DNA of 64,000 nt, taken from contig JAAOMT010000675.1 in NCBI GenBank assembly GCA_016748015.1, forward strand, positions 1-64,000. Reading direction: 5' to 3'. Source of the stretch: Geosiphon pyriformis uo1. Taxonomy: Eukaryota > Fungi > Glomeromycota. Position 1 is the first letter of the stretch. Each line of letters starts with the position of its first letter. This document shows positions 13,320 to 26,198 of this stretch, in pieces. The position numbers were made by a program, and so were the translations under genes. The notes below the pieces were generated by a model. It did not search any database and was not told the DNA's origin. It saw only the letters and a list, made by a program, of their open reading frames with translations.

Positions 13320-15905
13320 ACTAGATGGTAAGTTTAGATAAAGTGTCAGCATTTTGATGATTTGCTCCTTTGTAGTGTTGAATATCATAGTTGAATTCAT
13401 CCAAGTGGAGTATCCAGCAAGTTATTCATTTGTGTTCCAGCTTCTTTTTCTTGTGCAGCCAAACCAAGACTTGATGATCTGTTACCACTAAAAATTTTGC
13501 ACCAAGAAGATATTGATTCCAGTAGTTAGTAGTCCAGACTACTGCTAAGCATTCTTGTTCAATAATTGAATAGTTTTTTTCTGCTGGTGTGAGGGATCTA
13601 CTGATATACACTATGGCATGTTCTCTGTTATTTTCATCTTTCTGTGAAAAGACAGCACCAAGTCCATAGTCAGATGTATCAGTGTAGAGGATAAAAGATT
13701 GGTCCAGATCAAATTGTTTAAGAATTGGTTTAATAACAAGTTTTTCCTTCAGAAATTCAAAAGCTTTTTGTTGATGAGTGTTCCAGTGATAATTGACATT
13801 TTTCTTAAGTAGCTGATTAAGAGAAAAGGCAATTTTGGAGAAATCCTTGACAAATTTTTGATAGTAAGAGGCCAAACTGAGAAAAAAGCGTAGTTCAGGA
13901 ACATTCATTGATTGTCTAATGTTCTGAACTTTTTCAACTTTAGCTGAGTCAGGGAAGATTCCATCTTTTGTAATAAGATAACCAAAAAACTGGGTGGATT
14001 GGTGTCCAAAAAAAGATTTGATTGGGTTGATCTTAAGACCAGTATTTCTGAACAGATTAAAAATCTTATGTAAATGTTCAAGATGTTCATTCCAAGTTTT
14101 TGAATATACCATTATGTCGTCCAAGTAAACCAGAACAAAGTTTTTTTTTACTGATTCAAACATTTTATCTATTAGGCATTGAAAGGTGGGAGGAGTATTA
14201 GTGAGACCAAAAGGCATGACTGTGAATTCATAGGTGTTATACTTGGTGATGAAGGCAGTTTTTTTTTTGCTTTCTGGATCTATTTATACTTGCCAAAATC
14301 CAGCAGTTAAGTCAATAGTTGAGAAAAAAGCAGCACCATTGAATTTATTTAGCATTGTATCAATTTTGGGGAGTGGGTACATGTCTCTTATAGTGATAGT
14401 ATTTAATTGGCAGTAGTCAACACAGAAGCATAGGGTTTCACTTTTCTTGGATACCACTACAACTGGGAAAGCCCATTCACTCTTGGTTTTTTGTATGAAT
14501 CCAAGATCTTTCATTCAGTTTATATCTTTCTTGATAAACTTATTATTGTATTGATTGAATTGATAAAACTTCAAATGGATGGGATGAGTTTCTTTGGTGG
14601 TGATGGTGTGTTGTATTACATGAGTTTGTCTAAGGGCATCATCTTTTTTTGAGATAACTGGGCTATTTCTAGCCAACAGATTTTCAATGTCCACTTTTCT
14701 TTCTTCAGGGGAAGGTTCTTTTTGTTCTACAACTAGTGATTGGATTTCAGGTGGTTCATTCTTAAAGGACTTTTGTACTTCTTTAAATTCTTCTCGAGGT
14801 ATCAAGCTAATTGGTTCCCAATCTTTGTAATAGATCAAACAGGATTTGAATTTATTACTTGGTGAATACAAAGATTTATTACACCAGCACCATGTACAAA
14901 GGCCATGCCACCAATAACTGTATTTGGCTTTTTTGCTAGGTTTTCTGTCAAAGGTTTTTCTGAGGATATCATAGTAGGGCCAGCAGATCAGCTTGCCATT
15001 TACCATAATTCCTTTTTTGTCAGCTTTAACATTGTCCAATGGCTTGCCATTGCTAGTAAAGATGATATAAGCAAGTTCAAGAGTTTCTTCTGGTTCTTCT
15101 TAATCTTCTTCATTATCACTCTTATCATTATCTGATTCATCTGATTGTTCTTCTTTTTGGTTCTGCTTGGGTACTGGAGGGGTTGTCCAATGTCGGCATT
15201 TAACCACAATGGGTTTCTCATCACATCTGATGATTAGCTCACAAAGTTTATAGTCAAGTATTTCTTAAGCCATTCATTATCAACAATAATGATGTACTTT
15301 TTTGCTTTAGATATTTTCATATTAGTTTCAATGCTGATATCATTGATGTAGACAGAAATAGCTTTGGCTATACCTAGATTTTTTTTTTTGTTACCATGTA
15401 CATTGGTTATTGGCTAAGTAGAAAGTTCATCAATTTTTCTTCCAATGGCTTTCAGAAAGTGTTTGGCAATTACACTAATAGATGATCTACTGTCTAGGAT
15501 TAAATCAATAAAGTAGCCAGCCATTTGGGCTTTACAAATTAAAGGAGTGACATTGCTGTTGTCAGCAAGTCCAGCTTGGCAAGAATGCTTATTGGTTTTT
15601 GGTGTTTTCTTCTTTGGTATTAAGGATTTGTGAAGATTTTTTCTGAACTGTAGATGGGTCATTAATTGGCCAAATGTAATGTGTACAGGAGTTTCTATAA
15701 GATCTTTGACAACAGAATAGAGGCCAAATTTTTGTACTATTTCTGGAGGTTCTAACTTTGGAGAGTTCTTAAAAACTTTGGTCTTTGATGGTTTATTGTT
15801 ATCAGCAGATGATTTGGATGCTTTGTTTGGGTCCAAGATGAAATCAACTTTGGCTTTCTTCTTTTTTCTGGTTGATTCAGAGGTGTTAATTGCTAGTTTA
15901 TTCAT
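13320..15905 (-). pseudogene. Gypsy pol: aspartic protease, RT, RNase H
   Basis: LILDSRSSISVI (DSG-type), FCVDY..YPLP..MPFGL..YLDD, RNase H YTDTSDYGLGAV..E.ECLAVVW..TDHQ. Confidence 0.92.
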
Positions 15906-15999
15906 ATCATAATCATCATCAATTAGATTAAAAGCATAAAAAGAGTTTTTTTTGGTTGGTTTGCATTCTCACCTTTTGGAAGTACGCCTACTAGTTTAA

Positions 16000-17541
16000 A
16001 GGCTGGTAAACAGTAGCTTTAACTAAGAGATCCTCTCCAAAGAAATTGATGTTGGCATAATTGGATCTTTGATTAGGAACATTATTATTGTTGGGTCTGT
16101 TATTCTGAATGTTATTATTTCTGGAAGCTGGTAGAGACAATAGAGGATTGTTACAGTCTCTGAAAAAGTGTTCAGTTAGTTCACAGCAATAGCATACAGG
16201 TGGGCCACAATTTTGTTGTCTTTGATATAGTGGTTGCTGGGACTGATTAAAGCGGAGTTCAAATCTGGGTCTTTGGGGTTGCTAGTTGTCTCTAACTGCT
16301 TGGGCTAATGGTTCTAATAGCTGAACAAGATTAGCTGTAAGTCTATCTATTAATTGTTCATTTGGGTCTTGAGTTTGGACAGCAAAAGAGATAGCAGCCA
16401 TTTGGGGAGCAGAAGCTATAACAGAAGCAGGTGCAAAAACTAGAAGTGTGAATCCTAGATGCATCCTTTGATTGTTTTCTATTCACTGAACAAATTCAAT
16501 GGCCATATCCATTGTGGGATTATTTTTCAAGGCCAAAAGAGGCCAAAGAGCATATGATAGATCAGTTCTCAGTCTTTTTGTGAAGGAATGTATTTTCTGC
16601 TCTTTTGTCCAATTTCTTTCAGAGTCTACCTGTTTAATGAGTTTTCTTATTGCTTTGGCATATTCTGTTACAATCTCACCAGGGCCTTGAGTTCTTTTTT
16701 CTAATTTCATATGCCATTTTGAGATTAAGATGAGAGTTCTAAATTTTGTTTTAAACTGGATAGTGAAAGAGATATTGTCTTCTCCAGTATTTGCTGGTGC
16801 CTATTTAATGATTCTTTGGTGAGCATTGACATTGGTTTTTTGTGAGAACCAAGTAGCAGGAGAGCCTTGGAGGTAGCCACCAATAATTTGGAACTTGTAC
16901 TTATCATTATATTAATTGGCAGTGGCAGCTCTTTCAAAATCATTTAGCCATTCAATTAAATCTTAAGTATCACCTCTGAATAATGATAATGGGGTGTTGT
17001 TTCTTCACCCTAAAGCAGTCTGTATATCTTGGAGGACAATCAGAATGTTTTGTTGCAGAGGGTCTTGAGCCATTGATTCAGGTGTAATTGTTTGTATGGA
17101 GTGTTCTAATTCACTTGAAAAGAGATTAAAAACAGAAGTGGTTTGATAGCTTTTTTCTTCTGTTTTAAGAGGAGTTTCTGTTAATTGATGGGCAGCAATC
17201 CAAATGTGGATTTGATGATTCAAATATTCGAAATCAGGGGGCTGTTGTTCAAAGGTTGCAGAATATAAGAACTGATTAATACTGTTGTTTCTTTCTTCAA
17301 AGTTGTTTTCAAAATAAGCTTGGTCAAAGTAATAAGTTGTATAAGCTGTATAGGTTTTAGCTAAATGCTTGTTCAGGAACCAGTTCCAAAAGTCTTGGAA
17401 TTGTCTGCTAGATTGTTCTTCAATGAGAAAACAAATCAAACAGAAGGGCAAAGAATCGAATTCAATAAAGTCTAGATTGTTTTTGTTGTATGCTTTAAAG
17501 TGTTTTTCTGATTGTTGTGGCAGATATAAATAATCATCCAT
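16000..17541 (-). pseudogene. Gypsy gag with N-terminal extension and CCHC knuckle
   Basis: Retrotrans-gag-like blocks (FRGD..WL..FERAA, RTQGPGEIVTEYAKAIRKL). Knuckle VCYCCELTEHFFRDC at ~16150-16200. Confidence 0.8.
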
Positions 17542-17569
17542 ACAATAAGAAACAAAATAGATTTTAACA

Positions 17570-17587
17570 ATCTCACAGGGAGCACCA
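17570..17587 (-). other. Primer binding site TGGTGCTCCCTGTGAGAT
   Basis: 6 nt inside the 5' LTR. Complementary to a tRNA 3' end ...CUCACAGGGAGCACCA, which resembles tRNA-Ile(UAU)-type ends; isoacceptor unconfirmed. Confidence 0.8.
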
Positions 17588-17593
17588 CTTTTA

Positions 17594-18286
17594 TGTTATG
17601 GGTTGGAGTAACAAGCTAATAGATAGCAAGGGAGAACAGAATTGTAGGGTAATGAAAATAATCAAAAAGAATTTAACTTCAAAGAGTGAATTGAATGAGT
17701 ATGGATTCAATGTATGAGATCAGTTTCATAAAATATCTCAGTTGCTATACTTTTCAAGATAACTGGAGAATCTGAAGGCAGAGGAATAGTCCATACTGTC
17801 AACAAATGATCACACTTGGTATAATTCTATGCCTTACATTGGTGCTCTTAGAATTCAATATCAGGTATCAAATGTGCTTTTCAGTCACGTTTTATTCAAT
17901 AATCTTCAAATGCTGCAATTACACATTTTAGGAAAAAGGTAAAAAATAACCAACAAGTAATCTTTTATCTTTAAGATGTTCAGATACTTGAAAATAGGGA
18001 AAAAGAAATTAGCAATAAGAGAAGAATTGAGATAAAGTTGTTATTTTATTTCTTTTGATTCTTACATGCTTTTCTACAGCTAAGAGATTCATCACTTATA
18101 TAGCTGTCAAAAATGATCAATAATCAAGTCAATGATTAGGTCAATGATCAAGTCAATAATCAGGTCAATGGTCAGGTTATTGATCAGATCAATGATTACT
18201 TACTAAAAATAGAATGGCTAATTTATGTAACATCAGTGGCTAATACATGTGATAATTAATAAGAAGTATAAGTTTCAACTGTAACA
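17594..18286 (-). repeat. 5' LTR
   Basis: Direct repeat of 10607-11272. The 12-bp AATGATCAGGTC array is longer in this copy. Confidence 0.95.
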
Positions 18287-18837
18287 GTATAATTAAGTTA
18301 CTTAAAATTGTTAAAGTTTTTAAGATTAGTTTTGATTTGTGTAAATTTTGTTTATTTTTTTTTAAATATTAAAAACATAGTTTCTGTATATATAAATATA
18401 TAGTGTTGTTTTAACTGACTGAATGATTAGTCATATATAATTAAATATATAATTTATATTTAGTTTAAATTACTTAATTTAATATATTATACTAAATTGT
18501 ATTTAAATCTTATTTATTAAATTAATTAAAAAAAAATAATATATAATAATTATAAAAAGATTTTTTAAAATTTATAATTTAAAAAACATTAATTTTTTTG
18601 TTTTATATTAATTAATAATATTTAAACAATAAAATATAAAAAATAAAATTTTATAATAATTTTATTTATATAATAAAAATAAAATTATTATAATTAATTA
18701 TTTTTAATATAATAATTATTTGTGTTAAATATTAAAATTAAAATTATTTAAGACTATTATTTTTTATTATTTAATCCAAATTTTTTACTTATATTATATT
18801 TATAAAAAATAAAAAAACTCTTTGTCTCCTTAACTTT

Positions 18838-21800
18838 ATGACCATAACCAGAGCAAAGAGTAAGAAAGCTGTACCTAATATCTGTTCTGAGATATTTAAT
18901 AAAATTTCAACCAAAAAAGCTCTCTTTGTTGTAGAAGCAACTAGACAAAACATTTTAGAAGTCTTCCTTTTATTCAGTAATCATGAAAAGCTGTCTTTGG
19001 TAGCCATTAAAACAACTTCCTCATCTTTGGCTGGTTTCTCACCAGTCAAAATTCTCTCAAAGAGACATATTTGGATTAGTCCCAGTGTTGTCTCAACCTC
19101 TTCAAAGAGCCCAAAAATTTTTAATAATAGACCAGTAAATAAGCTGGTATTCTCCTTTATAGCTTCAATATCTGGTGCTTCTAGTACCTCTTCTTCAAAG
19201 AAAATAGTCAAAAAGACCAAAAGTTTAGAAAAGTGGGAGCAGTCACTTGTCTTTGTAATTGTTACACTGAATTTCTTTGTGGTTCCCAATGAGATTTTAG
19301 ATGAAATTTCCATCACATCATCTGGTATATCATCTAAGATAGGCCTAAATCAACCACTGGCTGTGTTGCCAAATATGGTGTTTTCTGGTAAATCATTGTC
19401 AGTTTTAGAAGCAAAACAATCTTCTTCTGTTGGATCATCTGTTCTTAAAAACTGGTCTGATCAAATGGAAACTAAATTATCTTCTTCTTTAGTTTCTGAT
19501 GCTACTTCTGGTGGTGCTTGGGAAACTATTGCTAGTTGTTAAAGGTTTGCTGGGTGGGTGGCCTCCACTCTAATGCCTGGTGCTATTTTTAAAATCAAAT
19601 TGGCTTATGTTAAGACTGTTTTTCAGTCAGTATATGGTTTCTTGGGTGCAAAGTCAGTATCAAAAGACAATGTAAAGCTATTTTGTGTGGAGTTTGCTTC
19701 TCAAGTGTCTTTGGAAGTTGTATCATTAGTTGAGCTTACAAGCTTTATACATTTGGCCATTGTTACGGTTTAAGAATTTAGCAAAAAGAATCATAAAAAT
19801 AATACAAACTATTCAATCATAATATAGCACAGTAATAATCTTAGAAAAGTAATGATTAACATAGTAGCAAACACCATCTCGCAATAGTGGCAAGCACCAG
19901 TTCACAATAGCAGCCAACACCAACTGGTGATAGCAGCAAACACCAGGTTGAAATATCAAAAAGAAAGTATTACAATGTGTTTTCTCATAGAACTACAAAC
20001 ATGTATATATACAGTAGTTTTAATATTGGGAAATAAAAAATCAAGTAATAAAAATCATAACTTATTAAGCAATAGATTCAATTTTATCCAACAAACTCCA
20101 CTTTAAATCATACTTTCAAATTAAATATCCCAAAAAACCTTTAAAATCAAAAAGAAATGAAAAAAATATTTAAAACTGAACTATTATAACCCAAAGTATT
20201 AAGAAACTTACTTGTATTATTTATTGAATGAAACTATCATTCATCAACTGAATCCCTTGGAAGAATAATCCTTGATTAAGATTATTCACGTTATTACTAA
20301 TTGATAAAAGCTTTATTGTAAGAATTAGAAAAGCACTAAAGACCATTAACATTCTGTGTTTCTAGATTAGAGAAACACATCAGGCAATTGCAAGGATAGT
20401 CTCAGAGAAGACCCCAGACCGTGAGTAGATTTCAGTTCAGCTTCTAAGAAGGAGTACATAAACACACACAACAATCAAGAATTGAAAAATAACTTACATC
20501 ACAACAGTAAAAAAAAAGCCTTCAGTGTAACAGTGACATTATCACACAAATAGAATTGAAGAACTCACGAAAGACTGATTGCAATTAAAACAGAATATCA
20601 GCAATTAAATATAACAAGAAAACCATTCCGTAACACCATCCTTAAAATTGCCAAGTCTTTGGTGGTTTCTGAGTCTGGTTTTTTTTCTACTGCTGTTGTG
20701 CTGCATGATATGCTCTTGGGTATATTTGCTGCTGATATTAAGACAGCTCTAAGTGTTTTTGGTGTGGTTACTCGTGTTGTGCTAAAGTCTGCTGGCATAT
20801 GGCAATATGTGATAGTTTATTTTGAAAACTTGGTTGCTGTTACATCTGCTCTTAATTACTGATTAGTTTTGGTGGACAAAGATAGTGTTCGGATTCTTCC
20901 TCTTGTAAATCAACAAGAAACAATTGTGTTTTGTGATAGGTTTAAGACCAAGTTGGTCAACCTTCTTCTTGGCTGCACTGTTTTTGAAATCAGTGATATG
21001 ATTTCTCAAATTGGTGGTTGGAATTGTTTTATTCCTCGGTTTCTTAATTTTGGTCATTATTTCCACTTTGCTTTGGTCACATTTGGCTCTCAAGCTAATT
21101 TGGATCTTGCTATTATCAAAACTGATACACTGAGAAAATGCCATATCTGGTGGGAAACTTCTGGTTGTAAGTGCTGTTTTAAGTGCCAAGGGACTGGCCA
21201 TCTGGCTGTTGACTGTAAAATGTCCTTGCCTTCTCCTTCCAAGACTTCCAAAGTATTCAATTCATGTATTATGAGTAATGTTTCTTATGCTAAAGTTTTT
21301 GTCTCTCTAAATGTTTCTGGATTTTCTCCTTTGGTGGCTTCTAATCTGCTGGCTTTTCTACTTGTTGCATTCTTTGCCATTCCTATTGCTAACTCTGCTA
21401 CTAAGCTTAAGTTGAATTCTATGGAGAAACAGATTTTGGATCTAACTGCTTTGGTTAAGTCTATCATTAAGCCAATTGGTTCTTTGGTTATTTTGGTTAC
21501 TACTCTTTTGAATGATAATACTGTCAAGGCTCTAAAAGTTGAAAAAGATCTTCTGACTATGTGTAATGCCTCCAGAGGCTTTGCTGATCTTTTGGTTGGT
21601 GTGTTTAAGGATTTTGCCAGTCTTAAGGCTGAAATAGAGTTTGGTAATCTTGATAATAATAATATTGGTGCTGCCAAGGCTTTTCCATTGAGCGATAATA
21701 CAGTTGACCATGTAGTTGCTTTGTGGCAAATGTGTGGTCCTAAAGTTAAAGATAGCAGTAAAAAAACTAGATTGTTTTTTAATGAGTTTATTTTTGATTC

Positions 21801-21873
21801 TAGAAATTTGAATGATATTATTAAGAAACTTGGTAAGCTGAGTTTTCTCCCAGCTTCTTTTGATTTAACTTAG
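18838..21873 (+). pseudogene. LINE-like ORF1 (RRM-like domains, CCHC knuckle, coiled coil), ~718 codons after removing the solo LTR; no ORF2 downstream
   Basis: ORFs 18838, 19558, 20659 and 20869 form one frame after excision (…HLAI|LKIAKSL…), with two internal stops (19540, 20860). Knuckle CFKCQGTGHLAVDC. Confidence 0.8.
19761..20635. mobile_element. Solo LTR (875 bp)
   Basis: Perfect 8-bp inverted termini TGTTACGG...CCGTAACA, perfect TSD CCAT, internal ~22-bp repeats at 19860-19950. Confidence 0.92.
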
Positions 21874-22006
21874 TTGGTGCTTTGACTGACTTGAGTGGTT
21901 GGTCATATGTAGAAAGAGCATAAAACACATCTAATTTGTAATCCCATAGTAGTACTGTGTATTAGATAGTATTTGGGCACACTTTGTTAAAACATTAATA
22001 AAAAAA

Positions 22007-23340
22007 ATATATATTTATTTTGGAATTTATTTAACTAATTTTGTTAAACAAAAATTTGAAAAAAATGCAAATTTTATAATAATTTCTGGTATTTTAACTT
22101 TTAAATTATAATTATTAAATAATTGTTTTAATAAATTATTTAAATTTAAAATAAATCGTTTTTTTTATTTTAATAAATTTATTATATATTAATTTTAATT
22201 TAATTTTTATAAATTTTTTATATTTAAAATACAATTAAAGTTAAATTAAAAAATCTAAAATAATTACTTAAAATTGCATAAAAAAATATTTTAAAAATTT
22301 AATAATTGAATAAATAATTTTTTTTGGATTTTACATTAATAATTTTAAAATTAAAATTTAAAACTATTGTTTTTAATGTAAAAAAAAAATAATATTTACA
22401 ATAAAAATTTTGTTTTGAAAAAACAACTAATAAAATATTAATAAATTAAAATTAAAATTTTTTTTAAAAAGACAAATTAATAATAAGTTATTTTAAAAAA
22501 CTAATAATTATTTATTTAAATAAAATAAACATTTAAAATAATTATTTACTTATAAACAATATGTAATTTACATTTAATTTTAATATATATATATACTAAA
22601 ATAATAAATTGTATTTAAATTACATTTTTTTATTTTAATAAGTGAGATCCAATTACTATTTAATATAATACAACATAAAATGTTCTAAAGTAAAACATAG
22701 CTTATGCATTTTTTACAAACTATTTGAAAAAAAATAAATAATTATTTTTTAATATTTAAAATTTATTTACAATATTTTAAAAAACTTAAAAATTTACAAA
22801 AAATAGAATTAAATTAAATATTTAAAGTATTATTTTAAAAAAAAATTGGTTATTTTTAAATAAATAATTAACAAATAGAACTAAACTAAATTTAAAAAAT
22901 CACCAAAATACAAAAATTTTTAATTTTTTCAATTTTAAATACAAATTATTTTAAAACAATAATAATGTGTTAAAAAAATTACAATAATTTTAAGAAATTT
23001 AACATATTACAAATAATATTGAATTTTAATAATTAATTAACAAATCTAAATAAATTTTTTGTTAACTGTAATACATAATTATTTTAAGTTTAAAAAATAA
23101 CATATAAGTATTAATAATTTATATATTTTATATATTAATTATAAAATTAGATATTAAATTAAATTCAAATTACTTACATTTTTAATTTTAAAGAAATATT
23201 GCAGTTTATTTTAGTATAGATTTTAATAAAATTATCAATGTGATTTTTCAATTATCATGGTCAATTTTTTAATTAATTATTTTTTACATGTTTTTAAAAA
23301 ATTAAATTTCTATTTATATAATATTAATTATTATTACTAT
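22007..23340. other. Extreme AT-rich desert at the TE/gene boundary
   Basis: Almost only A/T, no coding signal. Confidence 0.7.
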
Positions 23341-24068
23341 ATATGTTACACTACTTTTATATATGTATTTCAGACATTTTTAATGCCATATACTCTGCCA
23401 TCATTATGAGCATTATAATAGACATTGTAAATGTTGCCAAATTACCAATACAATTCAAAAAAAAACAGTTTTATCAAAATCATAAAATTATGCCTCGCGT
23501 AAATATTTATAAGTATGATTATTTAAAACCATAGTTTGATACTATCATCTAAATTTCTCCTTTTTTTTTTACAAAATTATAAAGTTTTGATTATCCAACT
23601 TTGAATTCAATCGTTTTTGTATTCAGTTGATTTTTTAAAGTAACCTTCAAACGGATTACGTTGAAGAACGAGAATTTTACTAAACCGTCCCATTTGGGAA
23701 AATATCCATTTGATTGATTATATCAAAGGAAAATAAACACTATTATGGAGAAAACTCTCAAATCCAAAAAATCCCATCATAACAAAATAGGATGTCTTTC
23801 TTTTTCTTTGAACTTATTGTAAACTGAAGGCGTTTTCAAGGTTCTAATCAACTTCTAAACAAGGTATTTAAGTTATTTGATTAAAAACAGTACATATACT
23901 TGCCATCATTCAGGCAACAGAAAAATTCAGTGAACGTTATTAAAGTATCCCTTTTTCCCGGGGTCTATTTTCAGAATGACGTCAAAGTCGAATAAAATCT
24001 AAGGGCCTTCATTCTTTACTGTACCTGGTATCCAGAGATGTTTGCTTATTGCAGTCTCATCTCTGCGG

Positions 24069-26198
24069 TTATGTTTTTCTTCGTCGCATAAATTCCTCCA
24101 CTAGACCTTGATACATTTCATTGTGGAGTCCTTTGACTTTCTGATAATTGTCATGAACACGAAGTAATTCGGACTGTAATTCGTTAATTTGAGACTGCAG
24201 TGGAGTCGTTGTGTTACGTGACTATCGAAATAAATGTTAAATTCCTAAAATGAATTAAAATAAAAAATTGGCAAGTACGTTCATTATTATAGGCTTACTT
24301 GGAGTTGCATGAGGGTGTTTTTGGCTTTCTGCAGATCATGGTATTCAGTCGATGTGGGATCTGAAAGATTTAACAAAAATAATTCAACTTTAATATTCTT
24401 ATTTTATAGCGCTGTGATATTGTCAAACGTTATACCTCGAATTGGTTCCTTGATGGCCAATAATTTTATATCCTAAAATTACAATAAATGAGTATATCCC
24501 TTGATGATTGAAAAAGTTTGGCGCTCAGTTTTACCTTCTTTCGATCATTCAAAAACATAGTGACGTCTTCCGTATCATCAATACCTTTTCTTTGTTGGGA
24601 TGGATCCTGCCGTATTCTTTTGAATGGCATTATAGGCTGAATGTAGGTCCTCTCCATCGAAATACCTAATTTAGAGAGATCAGGTGGCTGAAGGAATGTG
24701 CACAAGTTCGTTACAGGCCCTGGATGCCAAGAAAATTATATAAGGTTAATAATAAAATTCAGAGAATAAAGACGGGTTGCATTTTTTTTTAGGTATCTGC
24801 CTTATATACCTTTATGATGGGTAAAAGTTTTCAAAATTTGCCGGCTGGCTATATCCCAAAGCAAAACATTTCCATCCTCCGAACCAGAAAGAAGTAAAGT
24901 GCCATCGTATGTTAACGTCATTGTAATTATACGAGCGCTACAGAAATGGGTAAAGAAATGAAATAAGGTTTAGACTAATTCAATGCAAGTTTTTCCAATA
25001 TATAACAAAAAAACCAACTTGTGACCACTGAATACTAGTCTATTATTGTCCCTATCTTGCATGCCGATATCCTCAATGTCCCCAGCACCACCGACAGCCT
25101 CTATATAATTATGTCTCGAAGCCATATATCCAGATTCCTCTCTTCTCCGATATAGGTTCATCTGGTATATCAGGTTATCTCCACCAGCAGCAAAAAAACT
25201 TCTCTCAGCAGGATCAAGAGCAAGTGAGGATATGTTCGTTGGGAAAATGAAGGTAGTCAGTAGATGGCCTGTTGATAAATCCCATAACTAAGCGTATTTC
25301 AAATAATTGTTATCATTAAGTCAACACTACTCGCGATATGTATTAGACGTTATGTTTATTATTAATCTTACCTTGCAAGTATTGTCAAGAGAAGATGTTA
25401 ATATTCTAGCGGTTCTAAAATTTCCAATACCACATATTATATCCGTGATTGGTAAAGAATGTGATGTCCATGAAGAATAAGGTGAGGGTATTTCATTTGT
25501 TGATTCATCCAAAATGCTAAAAATACAGGTATAAAGTGGCCATTGTAAATTTTACCTAACAAAACCCACAATATTTGTGAAAAATGGTCAACCTGCTTAA
25601 TAACCAGATATTTATACCCGCGTCTTCGCTCCCCGATATTAAAGCAGCATCATCGGAGGTAAACCTTAAAATATTGACCTTTCTATAATGAGCATCGAAG
25701 ACTTTGCACAAGTTTCCTGTAGATAACTTCATTCAATAACAAAATGTATTATTGAATTGTAGCCGAGTGAGTTGATTAAAATAGTATGATGATTAATTAC
25801 CTCCCAAATGTATATTTTGCCATTACCAGTTCCTCCAGCACAGTATGATCCAAGACCAGTTATAGCAAGCGAAAAAAGGGTTTCAGGGCAAACAAACTTT
25901 TGGTGTACTTGTTCCTTAGGAAGTTCAGACTTTGTGCTAAGTTCCGAAAGAGCACCTATAGAAAAATCCATCAACAGCAAACCTTTTGCCAAGAATATAC
26001 GTGTATTAAAGGTTTATCAGTCTGTGCGGCCATAACCAAGGCCGCTCTTCCAGATTGTCCAGGAAATGGTAACAAAGCCATGTCATTTTGATAGCAGGTA
26101 TTTTGTTTAAAAGTGAGGAGAACCGTCCCTGACCTAAAATCCCAAACATAAATAACCGGGTCAATTGAGGAGGAAGCTAAAACAAGTTCAGTCAACAT
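24069..26198 (-). CDS. IPI3: Pre-rRNA-processing WD40 protein IPI3/WDR18 (multi-exon)
   Basis: MLTELVLASS..WDFRSG..IHVYSWQK|EQVHQKFVCPE..GNGKIYIWE; HSLPITD; C-terminal coiled coil ending RRRKT*. GT-AG introns. Confidence 0.85.

Larger units (their letters stand above)
10607..18286 (-). mobile_element. Structurally complete but inactivated Ty3/Gypsy LTR retrotransposon (~7.7 kb)
   Basis: Paired LTRs TG...CA, 4-bp TSD GTAT (10603-10606 / 18287-18290), PBS, PPT-like GGAGAGAATAA, gag-PR-RT-RH-IN order, multiple stop codons. Confidence 0.95.

Noticed and set aside
18110-18200. CRISPR-like repeats (also 19860-19950, 62225-62345)
   Set aside because: Short degenerate tandem units inside LTRs, no unique 30-40-nt spacers, no cas genes, eukaryotic context.
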